Source: Eukaryota sp. TZLM1-RC (lineage: Eukaryota; Protista; Metamonada: BaSk clade). From it: 64,000 bases of DNA. The stretch is from assembly GCA_040285825.1 (NCBI GenBank), contig JAUPSS010000006.1, forward strand, positions 310,001 to 374,000, written 5' to 3'. Both the position numbers and the translations under genes were made by a program. How positions within the stretch are numbered: the stretch's first letter is position 1; each line of letters opens with the position of its first letter. Below are positions 61,927 through 64,000 of this stretch, piece by piece. The notes beneath the pieces are model-generated. The model was not told where the DNA came from and made no database searches. It saw only the letters and a program-made list of their open reading frames with translations.

Positions 61927-63198
61927 TGACAGACACTTGAATTTATTTTATTTTATTGTGAAGCCCAATTTAAAGAAAACAAATTATTGTTGTTGCAGAT
62001 TATTTTATCCCACAGAGTTGCCAAAATTCACAAAAAAATTATTGCATCAAAGCTGTGAGAAACAGATTATTAACAACACCATTATAACCGTTGACGTTAA
62101 TCTTCAATTTTGTCAGCAATATATTTATTAGAATTTTTAAAATTGATATAATTATATGAATTAATTTTAATAACTTTGTAATACGTTTATATTTATTTAT
62201 TTTTTTATATCTCATCACTATTCTTAAACATTTTTAATATTTTTGATTCTATTTATCAAATATCTATTCATCCTTAATCTATTTGTTAAGTTAATTCTGA
62301 AATCTTGGATTATTTGTAGGGTAATAACAAACTAAATGATGAATTTCTTATTGGAGTTAAACGTGCCTTCAGAGAGAAACGTCTATATATCTCTGGTCTC
62401 TCCTCCATTGGGAAAACCACTGTTGTGCGTCTTTTGCAAAAAGTTTGTAATTATTTTTTATTAAGTTTAGGCTGGTCTCCAAGTTTACTTAACTCCCGAT
62501 ACCGGTAAATTTGAGAATTTTTGCAACTAAAAATCTGATGTTTGTGTTGCAGATGAACCCAACAGAGTCGAAACCAAAGGTATTGCTCATTGGCTAGCTT
62601 GGCTAGATGAAGGGTTTGAATTTTCTTACTAATCACAGATCAATTAATGTTAATGCTCGGAATCACAACGTTCAAAAATACCAAAAGTTACCCACTGTTT
62701 TTCTCTCAAATTTGTCAATTAATGAAACTCCGCACGTCCATTAACGATAAAACTAACAGCCAATTGATGGACATTTTTATATATATTTGGATTGATAAGT
62801 TTAATACGAGTAATAAGAAACTGGTGATGATGTTTTCGATTTGGAAAATGTATTTGTAAACAAGGTCAATAGACTTGAATCCTCAATTTAATCAAAACAG
62901 CTTTTGGCAAACACGCCCCCCCCCCCCCGCAATAAGGACGAAGCCAGTTAAAAGGTCCTTTTGAAAGCTCTAGAGAGAATTCTAGACGTAGTCGACCCAA
63001 ATCCTCATAGCAATGGTGTAGCTCATGCAAAACCAACAAACATCCTGAAGAAAAATGTTGTAAAATGCTGGGAAGACCTGGTTCAAAAAGTAATATCAAA
63101 AGCGTCGGGGGGGAGGGGGGGGGGGCGATAAACGTGATAGAAAACGTAGTACAAATAAATCAGATGAATACACATCTTTTTATAATAATCTTACACAC
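61927..63198. repeat. Right arm of long inverted repeat (partner 1-1247)
   Basis: See left arm. Confidence 0.95.
62341..62744 (+). pseudogene. SF3 helicase (CRESS Rep/NS1-like) fragment with introns 62443-62470 and 62614-62638
   Basis: EKRLYISGLSSIGKTTVVRLLQK^AGLQVY..N*KSDVCVADEP..WLDEG^SINVNARNHNVQKYQKLPTVFLSN. Confidence 0.72.
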
Positions 63199-63339
63199 AA
63201 TTCAATCAACACCATTTATACAATGAGCAAAATTGATACAAATTATAGACACCTCAATCCGTTAAAAAGATTTAGAGAGTCGTCCAATCCTGTCGGTTCT
63301 ATCCACAGTGCTAGACTATCCAGGGTGACAGGCAACTAA

Positions 63340-63447
63340 ACAAGTTCTAACGGGGAACTTTGGTTGAAATGTTCAATAAACAACGTGGAAGTAAAGGGCG
63401 AAATTGATAATGGAGCTGCATTCTCAGCATTATCAATGGTTGATTAA
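63340..63447 (+). mobile_element. Retroviral-type aspartic protease fragment
   Basis: LWLKCSINNVEVKGEIDNGAAFSALS (DxGA motif). Confidence 0.6.
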
Positions 63448-63784
63448 ATATCCATTGAAAAATGTTGCTAAATTTAGAAAATAACCAACAATACTAGGCA
63501 AATCAGTTTCTTCAAGACATCCAATAGTTGATCAACAACCACCATTACAATTAGTTTCAATTATAAGGAGAGTCCTCCAAAGGAGAGTGAACTTCCCGCT
63601 GAGAGAAGTCAGAAAGAAAGTGACCTTCCCCATAAAGAGAGTGATCATCATGTTGAGGATGACTCAGAGTTGTACAACCTTCGAAACAGCCTGAAATTAT
63701 TAATTATTGTGTGGGATATTTGGGGCGTCTGATTATTCTGTCATGGCGTGTTCTAATAAGATAAAAAAGTCAGATACCTTCAAA

Positions 63785-64000
63785 GAATTTCGTGACGTAT
63801 TTAAAGATATAGATATTTTAATTAAGTAATCTATTTATTTATAACAATAAAAATAGTATAAAAATGATTTTATTTTTTAATTATAACAATGAAAGTATTA
63901 CGAAATTTAATCCTAAATAAAATATGTACAAAAAAAAGAAAGAAACAGATTGTTTTAATATTGAAAGAAAATCGACTAGTACATCATTTATCATTTTAGA
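63785..64000. repeat. Inverted duplicate of ~55952-56165 AT-rich block
   Basis: GAAAATCGACTAGTACATCATTTATCATTTTAGA vs TCTAAAATGATAAATGATGTACTAGTCGATTTTC. Confidence 0.9.

Noticed and set aside
1-63198. Intact Polinton/Maverick or endogenous virus defined by the outer inverted repeats
   Set aside because: No intact PolB, capsid, packaging ATPase or protease; the integrases are Gypsy-type pieces.
1-64000. Alternative genetic code (TAA/TAG = Gln) explaining in-frame stops
   Set aside because: Interrupting stops include TGA (Tc1) and a TAG at a conserved Glu position (hAT CERNWS). Element ORFs end normally at TAG, and frameshifts are equally common.
1-64000. Ciliate-style scrambled germline genes with pointers
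   Set aside because: The pieces are mostly decayed TE fragments with stops, and the rejoined products are not functional genes. Insertion with TSD explains the repeats more simply, though it is not formally proven.

Overview
AT-rich eukaryotic DNA, judged from several 22-36 nt GT-AG introns, so probably a microbial eukaryote. There is no convincingly intact host gene. The window is a patchwork of 0.1-2.5 kb fragments in both orientations. Sources: Ty3/Gypsy LTR retrotransposons (gag, protease, RT-RH-IN, very short LTRs); CRE/SLACS-type non-LTR retrotransposons (zinc knuckle, RT, RLE endonuclease); Tc1/IS630 (DD34E) and hAT transposases; virus-type genes (SF3 Rep-like helicase with mini-introns, NCLDV D6/D11-type SF2 helicase, a PolB ExoI motif); and host gene pieces (RING/B-box, Rap1-type Myb, kinase-like, SET-like). 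Many blocks recur as direct, inverted or tandem duplicates, including a >=1.25 kb inverted repeat spanning the window and a 2.54 kb x2.65 tandem. A dispersed family with a ~230 bp conserved core (7 copies) and tRNA T-arm/B-box motifs runs throughout. Most striking: several multi-fragment mosaic blocks with no TIR, LTR or poly(A) are bounded by direct repeats of 9, 13, 21 and ~34 bp. In two cases removing the block restores an interrupted reading frame. This points to a mechanism that inserts concatenated fragments of mobile, viral and host DNA with target-site duplications. All family calls rest on motifs read by eye; no searches were run, and many boundaries are approximate.
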